From Ylistrum balloti (lineage: Eukaryota), in assembly GCF_031769215.1 (NCBI RefSeq), contig NW_026781965.1, forward strand, positions 124,001 through 188,000: 64,000 bases of DNA, written 5' to 3'. How positions within the stretch are numbered: the stretch's first letter is position 1; each line of letters begins with the position of its first letter. The translations under genes and the position numbers were made by a program. Below, piece after piece: positions 30,101 through 45,100 of the stretch. Under the pieces are notes generated by a model. That model was not told where the DNA came from and did no database searches. It was given only the letters and a program-made list of their open reading frames with translations.

Positions 30101-33100
30101 GCTGAAAGTTTGAGAGAACAAACCTACAACTCAACACACAGATCATACTCAAAGCTTGAGAGAACAAACCTACAACTCAACACACAGATCATACTCAAAG
30201 CTTGAGAGAACAAACCTACAACTCAACACACAGATCATACTCAAAGCTTGAGAGAACAAACCTACAACTCAACACACAGATCATACTCAAAGCTTTAGAG
30301 AATAAACCTACAACTCAACACACAGATCATACTCAAAGCTTGAGAGAACAAACCTACAACTCAACACACAGATCATACTCAAAGCTTTAGAGAATAAACC
30401 TACAACTCAACACACAGATCATACTCAAAGCTTGAGAGAACTAACCTACAACCCGACACAGATCATACTCAAAGCTTGAGAGAACAAACCTACAACCCGA
30501 CACAGATCATACTCAAAGCTTGAGAGAACAAACCTACAACCCGACACAGATCATACTCAAAGCTTGAGAGAACAAACCTACAACCCGACACAGATCATAC
30601 TCAAAGCTTGAGAGAACAAACCTACAACCCGACACAGATCATACTCAAAGCTTGAGAGAACTAACCTACAACCCGACACAGATCATACTCAAAGCTTGAG
30701 AGAACAAACCTACAACCCGACACAGATCATACTCAAAGCTTGAGAGAACAAACCTACAACCCAACACAGATCATACTCAAAGCTTGAGAGAACAAACCTA
30801 CAACCCGACACAGATCATACTCAAAGCTTGAGAGAACTAACCTACAACCCGACACAGATCATACTCAAAGCTTGAGAGAACAAACCTACAACCCGACACA
30901 GATCATACTCAAAGTTTGAAAGAACTACCTACAACCCGACACAGATCATACTCAAAGCTTGAGAGAACAAACCTACAACTCAACACACAGATCATACTCA
31001 AAGCTTGAAAGAACTACCTACAACCCGACACAGATCATACTCAAAGTTTGAAAGAACTACCTACAACCCGACACAGATCATACTCAAAGCTTGAGAGAAC
31101 AAACCTACAACCCAACACAGATCATACTCAAAGCTTGAGAGAACAAACCTACAACCCAACACAGATCATACTCAAAGCTTGAGAGAACAAACCTACAACC
31201 CAACACAGATCATACTCAAAGCTTGAGAGAACAAACCTACAACCCAACACAGATCATACCTACAACCCGACACAGATCATACTCAAAGCTTGAGAGAACA
31301 AACCTACAACCCAACACAGATCATACTCAAAGCTTGAGAGAACAAACCTACAACCCAACACAGATCATACCTACAACCCGACACAGATCATACTCAAAGC
31401 TTGAGAGAACAAACCTACAACCCGACACAGATCATACTCAAAGCTTGAGAGAACTAACCTACAACCCAACACAGATCATACTCAAAGTTTGAGAGCATAA
31501 ACCTACAACCCGACACAGATCATACTCAAAGCTTGAGAGAACAAACCTACAGCCCGACACAGATCATACTCAAAGCTTGAGAGAACAAACCTACAACCCG
31601 ACACAGATCATACTCAAAGCTTGAGAGAACAAACCTACAGCCTGACACAGATCATACTCAAAGCTTGAGAGAACTAACCTACAACCCAACACAGATCATA
31701 CTCAAAGCTTGAGAGAACTAACCTACAACCCAACACAGATCATACTCAAAGTTTGAGAGCATAAACCTACAACCCGACACAGATCATACTCAAAGTTTGA
31801 GAGAACAAACCTACAACCCGACACAGATCATACTCAAAGCTTGAGAGAACAAACCTACAACCCAACAGAGATCATACTCAAAGCTTGAGAGAACAAACTT
31901 ACAACCCAACACAGATCATACTCAAAGCTTGAGAGAACTAACCTACAACCCAACAGAGATCATACTCAAAGCTTGAGAGAACAAACCTACAACCCAACAC
32001 AGATCATACCTACAACCCGACACAGATCATACTCAAAGTTTGAGAGAACAAACCTACAGCCTGACACAGATCATACTCAAAGTTTGAGAGAACAAACCTA
32101 CAGCCTGACACAGATCATACTCAAAGTTTGAGAGAACTAACCTACAACCCGACACAGATCATACTCAAAACTTGAGAGAACAAACCTACAACCCAACAGA
32201 GATCATACTCAAAGCTTGAGAGAACAAACCTACAACCCAACACAGATCATACTCAAAGCTTGAGAGAACAAACCTACAACTCAACACACAGATCATACTC
32301 AAAGCTTGAGAGAACTAACCTACAACCCAACACAGATCATACTCAAAGCTTGAGAGAACAAACCTACAACCCAACACAGATCATACCTACAACCCGACAC
32401 AGATCATACTCAAAGTTTGAGAGAACAAACCTACAACCCAACACAGATCATACCTACAACCCGACACAGATCATACTCAAAGCTTGAGAGAACAAACCTA
32501 CAACCCGACACAGATCATACTCAAAGTTTGAGAGAACAAACCTACAACCCGACACAGATCATACCTACAACCCGACACAGATCATACTCAAAGCTTGAGA
32601 GAACAAACCTACAACCCGACACAGATCATACCTACAACCCAACACAGATCATACCTACAACCCGACACAGATCATACCTACAACCCGACACAGATCATAC
32701 TCAAAGCTTGAGAGAACAAACCTACAACCCGACACAGATCATACTCAAAGTTTGAGAGAACAAACCTACAACCCGACACAGATCATACTCAAAGTTTGAG
32801 AGAACTAACCTACAACCCGACACAGATCATACTCAAAGCTTGAGAGAACAAACCTACAACCCAACACAGATCATACTCAAAGCTTGAGAGAACAAACCTA
32901 CAACCCGACACAGATCATACCTACAACCCGACACAGATCATACTCAAAGTTTGAGAGAACAAACCTACAACTGACAGATCATACTCAAAGTTTGAGAGAA
33001 CAAACCTACAGCCTGACACAGATCATACTCAAAGCTTGAGAGAACAAACCTACAACTCAACACACAGATCATACTCAAAGCTTGAGAGATCACACCTACA

Positions 33101-36100
33101 ACTCGACAGATCATACCTACAACCTGACAGACTTAAATAATCATGCCTAGATACTTACAAAATGCAAAAAACTACCAGTGTATCAAGAATAATTTGAGCA
33201 TTATGATCCAAGCAACCCTTTATTGTTTACAACACTGTAAGGTCACTTTAATAATTTAAATATGGAGAGATGATTAGATAACAATTGCACCACCCACAGC
33301 TACAATTGAAGTCTTCATAAGTCTGGTCATACATGTGACCTCTTAAACCAGTACAATACCAGGCCTGGTCATGCACCTTTATCCCCGACATGGGAGGTAG
33401 ATATCAAACCCAATCTATAACTGGAGTCCAGGTGGAGGGGTGCAACTGAGGTTAAGTAAACATATGTAGAGAAACATGGCTGCCACACTCAGCCATTCCA
33501 GATCGTAATTCACACTCTGTTACCACTTAGAAACATATCTGTCCAGTTCTAATGGGAAGGTCATTACACAACTACACTCCATAATTCTGTTGATTTGGCA
33601 CTCCCTGACACAATGCTACACTACTGAAACCACCAGTCTTTCTGTATATACTCTATAACTGGTGGCATCAGCTTTACAGACTACATCACAGTTTGTGGCA
33701 CTAGCCTCCCCTGCTAGACTCCACTACAGGTGACACTAGCCTCCATAGCTATACTACAATACTTGTGGCACTAGCCTCCCCAGCTATACTACAATACTTT
33801 TATCACTAGCCTCCACAGCTATACTACAATACTTTAATCACTAGCCTCCACAGCTATACTACAATACTTTTAGCACTAGCCTCCACAGCTAGACTACAAT
33901 GCTTTTATCACTAGCCTCCACAGCTATACTACAACACTTTTAGCACTACCCTCCACAGCTATTCTACAATACTTTTAGCACTAGCCTCCACAGCTATACT
34001 ACAATACTTTTAGCACTAGCCTCCCAATCTATTCTACAATACTTTTAGCACTAGCCTACACAGCTATACTACAATACTTTTAGCACTAGCCTCCCGATCT
34101 ATACTACAATGCTTTTATCACTAGCCTCCACAACTATACTACAATGCTTTTAGCACTAGCCTCCACAGCTAGACTACAATACACTTAGCACTAGACTTCA
34201 CAGCTATACTAAAATACTTTTAGCACTAGCCTCCACAGCTAGACTACAATACTTTTAGCACTAGCCTCCACAGCTATATTACAATACTTTTAGCACTAGC
34301 CTCCACAGCTATTCTACAATACTTTTAGCACTAGCCTCCACAGCTATATTACAATACTTTTAGCACTAGCCTCCACAGCTACATTACAATACTTTTAGCA
34401 CTAGCCTCCACAGCTACATTACAATACTTTTAGCACTAGCCTCCACAGCTACATTACAATACTTTTAGCACTAGCCTCCACAGCTATATTACAATACTTT
34501 TAGCACTAGCCTCCACAGCTATATTACAATACTTTTAGCACTAGCCTCCACAGCTATATTACAATACTTTTAGCACTAGCCTCCACAGCTATATTACAAT
34601 ACTTTTAGCACTAGCCTCCACAGCTATATTACAATACTTTTAGCACTAGCCTCCACAGCTATATTACAATACTTTTAGCACTAGCCTCCACAGCTATATT
34701 ACAATACTTTTAGCACTAGCCTCCACAGGTTTACTTCACTTCTTCTTGTCTTGCCTCCCTTACTATCCTACAATATTTGTGGCACTTACATTCATGACAC
34801 CTAGTAAAATATTATGAACGTTGTTATTACATAATGTTTTGTAATATTAGTTCAGCAATGAAATGAAAATGTAGATTTGATAGACTTTCAGATTCAATCA
34901 CTTTCATTTATTTCATGATTTCCAATATAATACAGCTGCTCCCTATGGATGGTGTATAGCCAACATTGCTGATATGACACAGAAACAACTTGTGTCATCA
35001 CATCTTTGACTTTCACTTCAGCTTTTTTTTCTATCAAACACATAAATGAGTTTGTACTGACAAAGAATTTCCCTATAGAATGAATGATGTGACCTAGATT
35101 TCCCTGAAGAATTAGAGATGTCATAGATAGTTTTACGAGTGTTAGCAGACCAATCAAAAAGTGAAACACTGCAGTTTTTCATTTGAATTAAAACCACTTG
35201 AAGAGTATATTTGTATGAATGATTGAATCATTATCCAGAAGATTTGAAACTCATAGAGACATTAAGACTACCATTATAACGCCAGCTCTCATAATCTAAG
35301 TCTCCAACATAGACGGTATTAAATCTGCTGTAGGCCTAGTCAATAAAGATTTTATGCAGTATAACAGGAAAATTTTGCACACATCTTATTTTTACAAACT
35401 AAATAACCATATCTTTGAATTGAAATGAATTAATAAAATGAATTGAAAAAAAAAGTTCAATCATTAAAATCATACAACCAGTGACCTTTCCTACTTATTT
35501 ACACTTTGTGACCTTTCCTACTTATTTACACTTTGTGACCTTTCCTACTTATTTACACTTTGTGACCTTTCCTACTTATTTACACTAAGTGATGACCTTT
35601 CCTACTTATTTACACTTTGTGACCTTTCCTACTTATTTACACTAAGTGATGACCTTTCCTACTTATTTACACTTTGTGACCTTTCCTACTTATTTACACT
35701 TTGTGACCTTTCCTACTTATTTACACTAAGTGATGACCTTTCCTACTTATTTACACTTTGTGACCTTTCCTACTTATTTACACTAAGTGATGACCTTTCC
35801 TACTTATTTACACTAAGTGATGACCTTTCCTACTTATTTACACTAAGTGATGACCTTTCCTACTTATTTACACTAAGTGATGACCTTTCCTACTTATTTA
35901 CACTAAGTGATGACCTTTCCTACTTATTTACACTAAGTGATGACCTTTCCTACTTATTTACACTAAGTGATGACCTTTCCTACTTATTTACACTAAGTGA
36001 TGACCTTTCCTATTTTTCACACTTTGTGACCTTTCCTACTAATTTACACTAAGTGACCTTTTCTACTTTTTAACACTCAGTGACCTTACTACTAATTTGA

Positions 36101-39100
36101 AATATGTGACCTTTACTACTAATTTACAATAAGTGACCTTTCTTGCTATTTTACACTCAGTGACCTTTCCTACTTTTTTTACACTCAGTGACCTTTCCTA
36201 CTAAGTTACAATAATGAGAAATGACCTTTCCTGCCTGTTCATAGGAAGTGACCTTTCCTGCCTGTTCATAGGAAGCGACATTTCCTGCCTGTTCATAGGA
36301 AGCGACCTTTCCTGCCTGTACATAGGAAGTGACCTTTCCTGCCTGTACTTGGGAAGTGACCTTTCCTGCCTGTACATGGGAAGTGACCTTTCCTGCCTGT
36401 TCATGGGAAGTGACCTTTCCTGCCTGTACATGGGAAGTGACCTTTCCTGCCTGTACATGGGAAGTGACCTTTCCTGTCTGTATATGGGAAGTGACCTTTC
36501 CTGCCTATACATACTGAGTGACCTTTCCTGCCTATTTATACTAAGTGACCTTTCCTGTCTATTCATACTAAGTGACCTTTCCTGCCTGTTCATTGGAAGT
36601 GACCTTTCCTGCCTGTTCATAGGAAGTGACCTTTACTGCCTATTCATACTAAGTGACCTTTTCTGCCTAATCATACTAAGTGACCTTTCCTGCCTGTTCA
36701 TAGGAAGTGACCTTTCCTGCCTGTTCATATGAAGTGACCTTTCCTGCCTATTCATTCTAAGTGACCTTTCCTGCCTGTTAATACTAAGTGACCTTTCCTG
36801 CTTGTTCATATGAAGTAACCTTTCCTGTCTGTTCATATGAAGTGCCCTTTCCTACGTATTCACATTCAGAAACCTTTACTGCCTCTTTTCAATCAGTGAC
36901 CTTTCCTGCCTCTTCATACTTAGTGACCTTTCTTGTTTAATCATAATCAATGACCTTTCCTGCCTATCCACACTCAGTGACCTTTCCTTCTTATTTACAT
37001 TCAGTGACCTTTTCTCCTTTCTAGTCACAATCATTGACATTTCCCATTATGTCACATTTACTGACCTTCCCTACTAAAACACAACCAATGACCTTTCCCT
37101 TCCTTATTCACAGTCATTGACCTTCAAATCTGTGACCTTCACTTGTTCATACCCAATGACAGATCTTTCCTATTTATACTATAATTTAGTCACAATGTAA
37201 ACCTTTCATGTTTTGTCACAATCAACTCATTTATTTAAGTTATACTGAAATATAAATTTCTGTCAAGTCACACATTCAGTGGTTGTTCCTTTTTAGTCTA
37301 TATCTGTTGGATACTGAATGCACTAAACAACAGCACTGCCTTTCAAGTATTCGGATATAAAATTCAGTCAAACTTTTGAGGTTTTAACAATTATTGTAAA
37401 TCAGGGAAATTGTGCTGAAATGTGTTGCTCTTGTATTTCTTTAATGGATTGGTTTTTTCAAGCAATTCTTGGTATGCATTCAAAAAGTTTTCTTTTGATA
37501 TTTTCCATTTTGCAGATTTATTCTTTACACAAATTTGCTAAAAGTAAAACTCTGCAAAAAACTTTGATCACATAACAATAAACATAAATATATAGATGAT
37601 TAATAGGAAAGAAACATACTCTTTCTACAGAAGTTGCTTATCTCAATCACAAAAATAGTCTGGTAGGACAGAGGTTCTGTGTTTGATTCCTAATGGAGGC
37701 ATTGAAAAAATGATGACTTAATCAAGTAATTGTCTCTGACACCCACATCATACTGGAAGTTCTTTGCCCAGTTCTCACAGGCATTTATGCTTCACCTTAA
37801 AACTTTAGGACATGATCTTTCTTAGGGTGGACTTGCATAAAAATTTAACAACAAAATATACAAACCAAACCAAACCAAACCAGGGGTCTGGATTGAACAG
37901 CTTGTGGAGGTATTCAAATTCGAACTAAAACATGGGTCTGGATTGGACTATTTGCGGAGGTATCCAAACCAAACTAAAACATGGGTCTGGATTGGATTTC
38001 TAGTAGAGGTATTTAAACCAAACAAACCTGTCTCATCATAGGACATATCCATAAAAATTTTAAAATATGGTTTACAACTATCATTCATCTCTTCATTCTG
38101 TCAAACACAGTTCAATGGCATCATCAGTCACTGATCATTATGCAATGCAAAAGTAGGTCACATGTCATTGTTTTATCCAATCAAATCAATGCAAACTTAG
38201 ACAAAACCACTTGTGAGTAAGTAAAGATACTGTATAGATAATAATGATAATGTTACACATACTAAACACGTAAAAAGGCTTTTTCTCTTCATCCTGTCTA
38301 AGATGAAATGTAAAAACAATCGCAATGCCGACATATCATCATGAAAATCGTTTAAAAATCAATCACATGTCTGTGTATCAGCTTCAGCCAGACCTCCGAT
38401 ATTCCATGTGATGCCACCTAGGTATGTAAAGTCGTAAATTATCAAAAAATTAAAAACTGGCTGAGATCTGGCCTTTCAGTTTATTGGAGGTAGGTGAAGG
38501 TATAGGAGAGTACCTGCTGTTACCTCCAAGGTGTTACAGTGTGGATATCAAGTGTATCAGAATCGCACCCCTCTCTCCTGGCAGTAATGATTGGCTCCGA
38601 TGATCAGCACCACACTAGCCCACGGTGAGCGCTATACCACAGAAAAATACCCTTCACATAAAAATTCTAGTTATTTTCCACTCAAGAAAGATGTTATTAC
38701 CACCAAAAACTTTGGAATATATATCCCATCTCATTGATAAACAGATAATAAATATGATTCGCTCAGCTTGGGAAACATTTTTATTGTATTTTGTAAAATA
38801 ATTCAGTTTAAGATTGACTGCTAATAAAAGCCTAGTTCAAAATACATACACTGAATATTAATCAATAATGAAGTATGGAATATAGATAAAAAAGCTGTTA
38901 ATCATTATAGAAGAAATGATATGTACTAATTAGAGAAAATCTGATATGTACTAATTATAGATTAATCAACATGTACTAAGAATAGATCAGTAAAAAAAAG
39001 GTGCAAGACAAAAAACAATTAGGAGATAATAAAACAAAACAATTCACAATTATAAAATACAAAAATTCCAACAGCTGTATTTAACAGAAATGTAAAATAT

Positions 39101-42100
39101 GATACTGTAACATGTATTAATTATTATCACTAAATATCTGACACATTAAATTCTTGTATAGGTAAAGAGTACCAGATCGGATTAGAAAAATAGCACACTT
39201 AGGCTAGGGTATACCTACATAAACACTGTAGTATAAGCTAGTGAATAGAAAGCATTTATTCTCAACAAATTGAGATTGCCGATGGGTGTCATTTTCAATT
39301 ATATTCAATTTTACACTGATGAATAAAAATTGAAGTGTACAATTCTATTTCTACCTCCACTCACCACAAAAGTTGTCTGTTGCAGCTACACAAACACCAG
39401 TAAATCACCAGGCATATGGTTATCAATGAAACCTCAATGTGCTGCAACTTCCTTCATTTCTTATGCTTATCTACTTTGCTAAGTGCTTCAAAACAAATTG
39501 CTTTCATTCAAAGTTTATAGGATGATTGAGGTAGAATTTTGTTTGCTGTTCATTACGTATTCTCCGATTCATGGAGTTATCTCCCATGTTTACTGCCAAA
39601 TGATCTTACTTTTATAATTGGGCGCTTCTTGTGGAAAAAAAATATCCTTTCGGGAACAAGAGGAGAATTAGGGCAGACTTCATCAACACCTAACCATTAA
39701 AATCCTTGAGCTTGGTTGAAATCTCTACAAAGATCAGAATATTTTTTGTTGTATCCATGAGGTTATATTATATAAACGGAAAATGACTAAATTTTATGAA
39801 TTTAAAAAAAAAATACATGTTTTAAAAAAGAAACACACAAAGAATGCTGTATGATAGAACAATATTATTTACACAACGCAAACAATGCAACTGAAAAAAC
39901 AACACAAAACACAACTATTTGTCACCATAAAGTTCAGCAAATGTCAAACAGATCATGAAGCACAAAGGAAGATCAGTAGTCACGTTAACAAATACCAAAA
40001 AAACAGAAACAAAAATCTTGCATTGAAACATCCATGTTCCCTGGTAACTCTAAAGCATCCAGATAAAACAGTAATGTTCCCTGGTAACTCTAAAGCATCC
40101 AGATAAAACAGTTATGTTCCCTGGTAACTCTAAAACATCCAGATAAAACAGTTATGTTCCCTGGTAACTCTAAAACATCCAGATAAAACAGTAATGTTCC
40201 CTGGTAACTCTAAAACATCCAGATAAAACAGTAATGTTCCCTGGTAACTCTAAAGCATCCAGATAAAACAGTAATGTTCCCTGGTAACTCTAAAGCATCC
40301 AGATAAAACAGTAATGTTCCCTGGTAACTCTAAAGCATCCAGATAAAACAGTAATGTTCCCTGGTAACTCTAAAGCATCCAGATAAACCAGTTATGTTCC
40401 CTGGTAACTCTAAAGCATCCAGATAAAACAGTAATGTTCCCTGGTAACTCTAAAGCATCCAGATAAAACAGTAATGTTCCCTGGTAACTCTAAAGCATCC
40501 AGATAAAACAGTAATGTTCCCTGGTAACTCTAAAGCATCCAGATAAAACAGTAATGTTCCCTGGTAACTCTAAAACATCCAGATAAAACAGTAATGTTCC
40601 CTGGTAACTCTAAAACATCCAGATAAAACAGTAATGTTCCCTGGTAACTCTAAAGCATCCAGATAAAACAGTTATGTTCCCTGGTAACTCTTTAGCATCC
40701 AGATAACAGTTATTTTCCTGGTAACTGTAAAATCTCACATTGAAACAAAGTTGTTTGCAGTAAACTCAAAAGCCTCATACTAAAATATTTTTTAATTTTC
40801 TTTCCTCTTTTGAATACAGACACTGACTTTCATATTCTTATAGACATCAGCAATGACTGACCTCTATTTCATTATACAGTAGTCAGACTGATTAACTATT
40901 ATGTTTCAATGGGATGTTTTTTCATTTGCCCTATTAAAGCAAAGAATTTGCTGCACTATTCCTGGATTTGTCTTCTTACACCAACAGATTTTCGTCACTG
41001 TTCTTGGTTATTCCCTATCATACCAAAGACTCTGCCCTGTAATTCTGGGTTTGCTCCAGGGGATGTGCCACTTTAATGATATTGCCAATAACAAGAAGTG
41101 TTCTTTAATTAGCAAGATAAAGCCTAAGTAATAAGTTTAACATGCAGCAACACCATGAGCGTTACTTCAAATTGAGCAATTACAATGGTCAGTGCACAAT
41201 CTGGAGGATATCATTGTTTATCATTCCCCGACTGACAGGATGCAGGGAAAGAATATAAAGAAGTTCACTGACAGGGTTAATAAACTGATTCTTAACATCC
41301 TGTCACACTCAATCCCACTCAAAATGTACCAAACAATACCTCGATATAACTTAACTCTACACATGATTCTCTCGAAATAAACCTGATCCCAAGGTTTTAA
41401 TTAAAAGACTGCTGGATGCAGCCAAAAATCTGACTTGCATAGATGTCATCCTCTATCTTTACAGTAAAAACAGGTGTAACACACCTACAAAACATGTATT
41501 GTTAACAAGCAGACATGGTGTATCAGATGGTTGTTCTACAGAGGGGCTGAATTTCTGACCACCTAGGGTGTACATAATGGAACAATACAGATACTGGAGA
41601 CAGACTCATCGTCCCCTCCCATACCATACTGCAACAGGACATTGAGTAGAAAAAGCCTGGTAAATTGATGATCTGCCAAACCATGTCCTGTCACTCCTCC
41701 TCAGTAGGGTTTGCATAATTATCAAACAGCATGTGACTAGGGACTAGGTGGGAAACAGACTTTTTGGTAATAAGCATTCTCCATTTTCATTGACACAAAA
41801 CTATAAGACTGTGATTTTTTGCAATGCTATTGTTGGGGATAGTGTTTAAAGAGACTGGAGCAATTTATGTGTGTTTCTAAATACAGTGTGATGTTGCTTC
41901 TCAACACTGTGAAGGCTAATACTTTATTATCCTACATTTCTATACAAATTTATACAATGTTACCTCTCATCTCAATACAAATTTATACAATGTTACCTCT
42001 CATCTCTATACAAATTTATACTGTTACCTCTCATCTCATCTCTATACAAATTTATACAATGTTACCTCTCATCTCTATACAAATTTATTTATACTGTTAC

Positions 42101-45100
42101 CTCTCATCTCTATACAAATTTATACTCTCATCTCTATACAAATTTATACTGTTACCTCTCTATACAAATTTATACAGTTACCTCTCTCTATACAAATTTA
42201 TACTGTTACCTCTCATCTCTCTCTATACATACCTCTCATCTCTATACAAATTTATACAGTTACCTCTCATCTCTATACAAATTTATACTGTTACCTCTCA
42301 TCTCTATACAAATTTATACACCTCTCATCTCTATACAAATTTATACAGTTACCTCTCATCTCTATACAAATTTATACTGTTACCTCTCATCTCTATACAA
42401 ATTTATACAATGTTACCTCTCACTATACAAATTTATACTGTTACCTTTATCATCTCTATACAAATTTATACTGTTACCTCTCATCTCTATACAACCTCTC
42501 ATCTCTATACAAATTTATACTGTTACCTCTCATCTCTATACAAATTTATACAAATTTATATGTTACCTCTCATCTCTATACAAATTTATACTGTTAATCT
42601 CTATACAAATTTATACTGTTACCTCTCATCTCTATACAAATTTATACTGTTACCTCTCATCTCTATACAAATTTATAAAATGTTACCTCTCATCTCTATA
42701 CAAATTTATACAATGTTACCTCTCATCTCTATACAAATTTATACTGTTACCTCTCATCTCTATACAAATTTATACTGTTACCTCTCATCTCTATACAAAT
42801 TTATACAATGTTACCTCTCATCTCTATACAAATTTATACAATGTTACCTCTCATCTCTATACAAATTTATACAATGTTACCTCTCATCTCTATACAAATT
42901 TATACTGTTACCTCTCATCTCTATACAAATTTATACTGTTACCTCTCATCTCTATACAAATTTATACAATGTTACCTCTCATCTCTATACAAATTTATAC
43001 TGTTACCTCTCATCTCTATACAAATTTATACAAATTTATACATTGTTACCTCTCATCTATATACAAATTTATACTGTTACCTCTCATCTCTATACAAATT
43101 TATCTGATACCTCTCATCTCTATACACTGTTACCTCTCATCTCTATACAAATTTACTGTTACCTCTCATCTCTATACAAATTTATACAATGTTACCTCTC
43201 ATCTCAATACAAATTTATACAATGTTACCTCTCATCTCTATACAAATTTATACTGATACCTCTCATCTCTATACAAATTTATACAAGTTACCTCTCATCT
43301 CTATACAAATTTATACATTTATACTGTTACCTCTCATCTCTATACAAATTTATACTGTTACCTCTCATCTCTATACAAATTTATACAATGTTACCTCTCA
43401 TCTCTATACAAATTTATACAATGTTACCTCTCATCTCTATACAAATTTATACAGTTACCTCTCATCTCTATACAAATTTATACTGTTACCTCTCATCTCT
43501 ATACAAATTTATACTGTTACCTCTCATCTCTATACAAATTTATACAATGTTACCTCTCATCTCTATATACAATGTTGTTACCTCAAATTTATACATGTTA
43601 CCTCTATCTCTATACAAATTTATACTGTTACCTCTCATCTCTATACAAATTTATACTGTTACCTCTCATCTCTATACAAATTTATACTGTTACCTCTCAT
43701 CTCTATACAAATTTATACTGTTACCTCTCATCTCTATACAAATTTATACTGTTACCTCTCATCTCTATAAAAATTTATACTGATACCTCTCATCTCTATA
43801 CAAATTTATACAATGTTACCTCTCATCTCTATACAAATTTATACTGATACCTCTCATCTCTATACAAATTTATACAATGTTACCTCTCATCTCTATACAA
43901 ATTTATACTGTTACCTCTCATCTCTATACAAATTTATACTGTTAAATCTTACAAATTTATACTGTTACCTCTCATCTCTATACAAATTTATACTGTTACC
44001 TCTCATCTCTATACAAATTTATACAATGTTACCTCTCATCTCTATACAAATTTATACACATTTATACTGTTACATCTCTACAAATTTATATACCTCTCAT
44101 CTCTATACAAATTTATACAATGTTACCTCTCATCTCTATACAAATTAATACAATGTTACCTCTCATCTCTATACAAATTTATACTGTTACCTCTCAAATT
44201 TATACAGTTATCTCTATACAAATTTATAAATTTATACTATACAAATTTATACAGTTACCTCTCATCTCTATACAAATTTATACTGATACCTCTCATCTCT
44301 ATACAAATTTATACTGTTACCTCTCATCTCTATACAAATTTATACAATGTTACCTCTCATCTCTATACAAATTTATACTGTTACCTCTCATCTCTATACA
44401 AATTTATACTGTTACCTCTCATCTCTATACAAATTTATACTGTTACCTCTCATCTCTATACAAATTTATACAGTTACCTCTCATCTCTATACAAATTTAT
44501 ACAGTTACCTCTCATCTCTATACAAATTTATACTGTTACTTCTCATTTCTATACAAATTTATACAGTTACCTCTAATCTCTATACAAATTTATACTACTG
44601 AGGAGGGGGGAGGGGAGAAGGAGATGGAAAGGGGGATTTATTTCACCTTTTGTCTTTATACAAATTTATACTATCACATCACATGACCATTTTAAATAGT
44701 TAATAATATGTTGCCACTTCTTCTTACATGAGTATACTTAGATATAGCCTCTCACCTGTGACCCTTTGTACAAATTTATAATTTGATGCCCCTCATTTCT
44801 ATGAAAAAGATAACATCACGTAGGAAACCTTTACCACTTTGTATGGTATTCCTTCAAAACTGTATATGATATTTCTACTAGAGGTCACTATTGAGGCCTA
44901 AAAGCTATCATGATAGTATTGTGATAGTCCAGTGACTATTGTGATACTATCAGAACAACTGTTTTATTTTTAAAATATGTTTTTCTAATCCAGAAATAAA
45001 GCAAAGTCATAAACCAAACAAATGCATCAGAATGCTGAATTTAGTAAATGTAACAAGTGAAACAATTATTTACATTTTTCATACAAATATATAGCACTGT

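Noticed and set aside
29925-33130. CRISPR-like appearance of 30-45-bp repeats
   Set aside because: Units are contiguous with no unique spacers, there are no cas genes, and the context is a eukaryotic intron.
38480-38645. Possible degenerate SINE
   Set aside because: Only vague B-box and V-domain resemblance; too decayed to call.
41867-43783. 638-aa ORF and the other long periodic ORFs (119-2319, 8118-8756, 11369-12497, 14910-16837, 36201-36732, 46181-47428, 58427-59182)
   Set aside because: They are translations of tandem repeats that lack a stop in one frame, are often open in several frames or strands, and have no splice or domain support.
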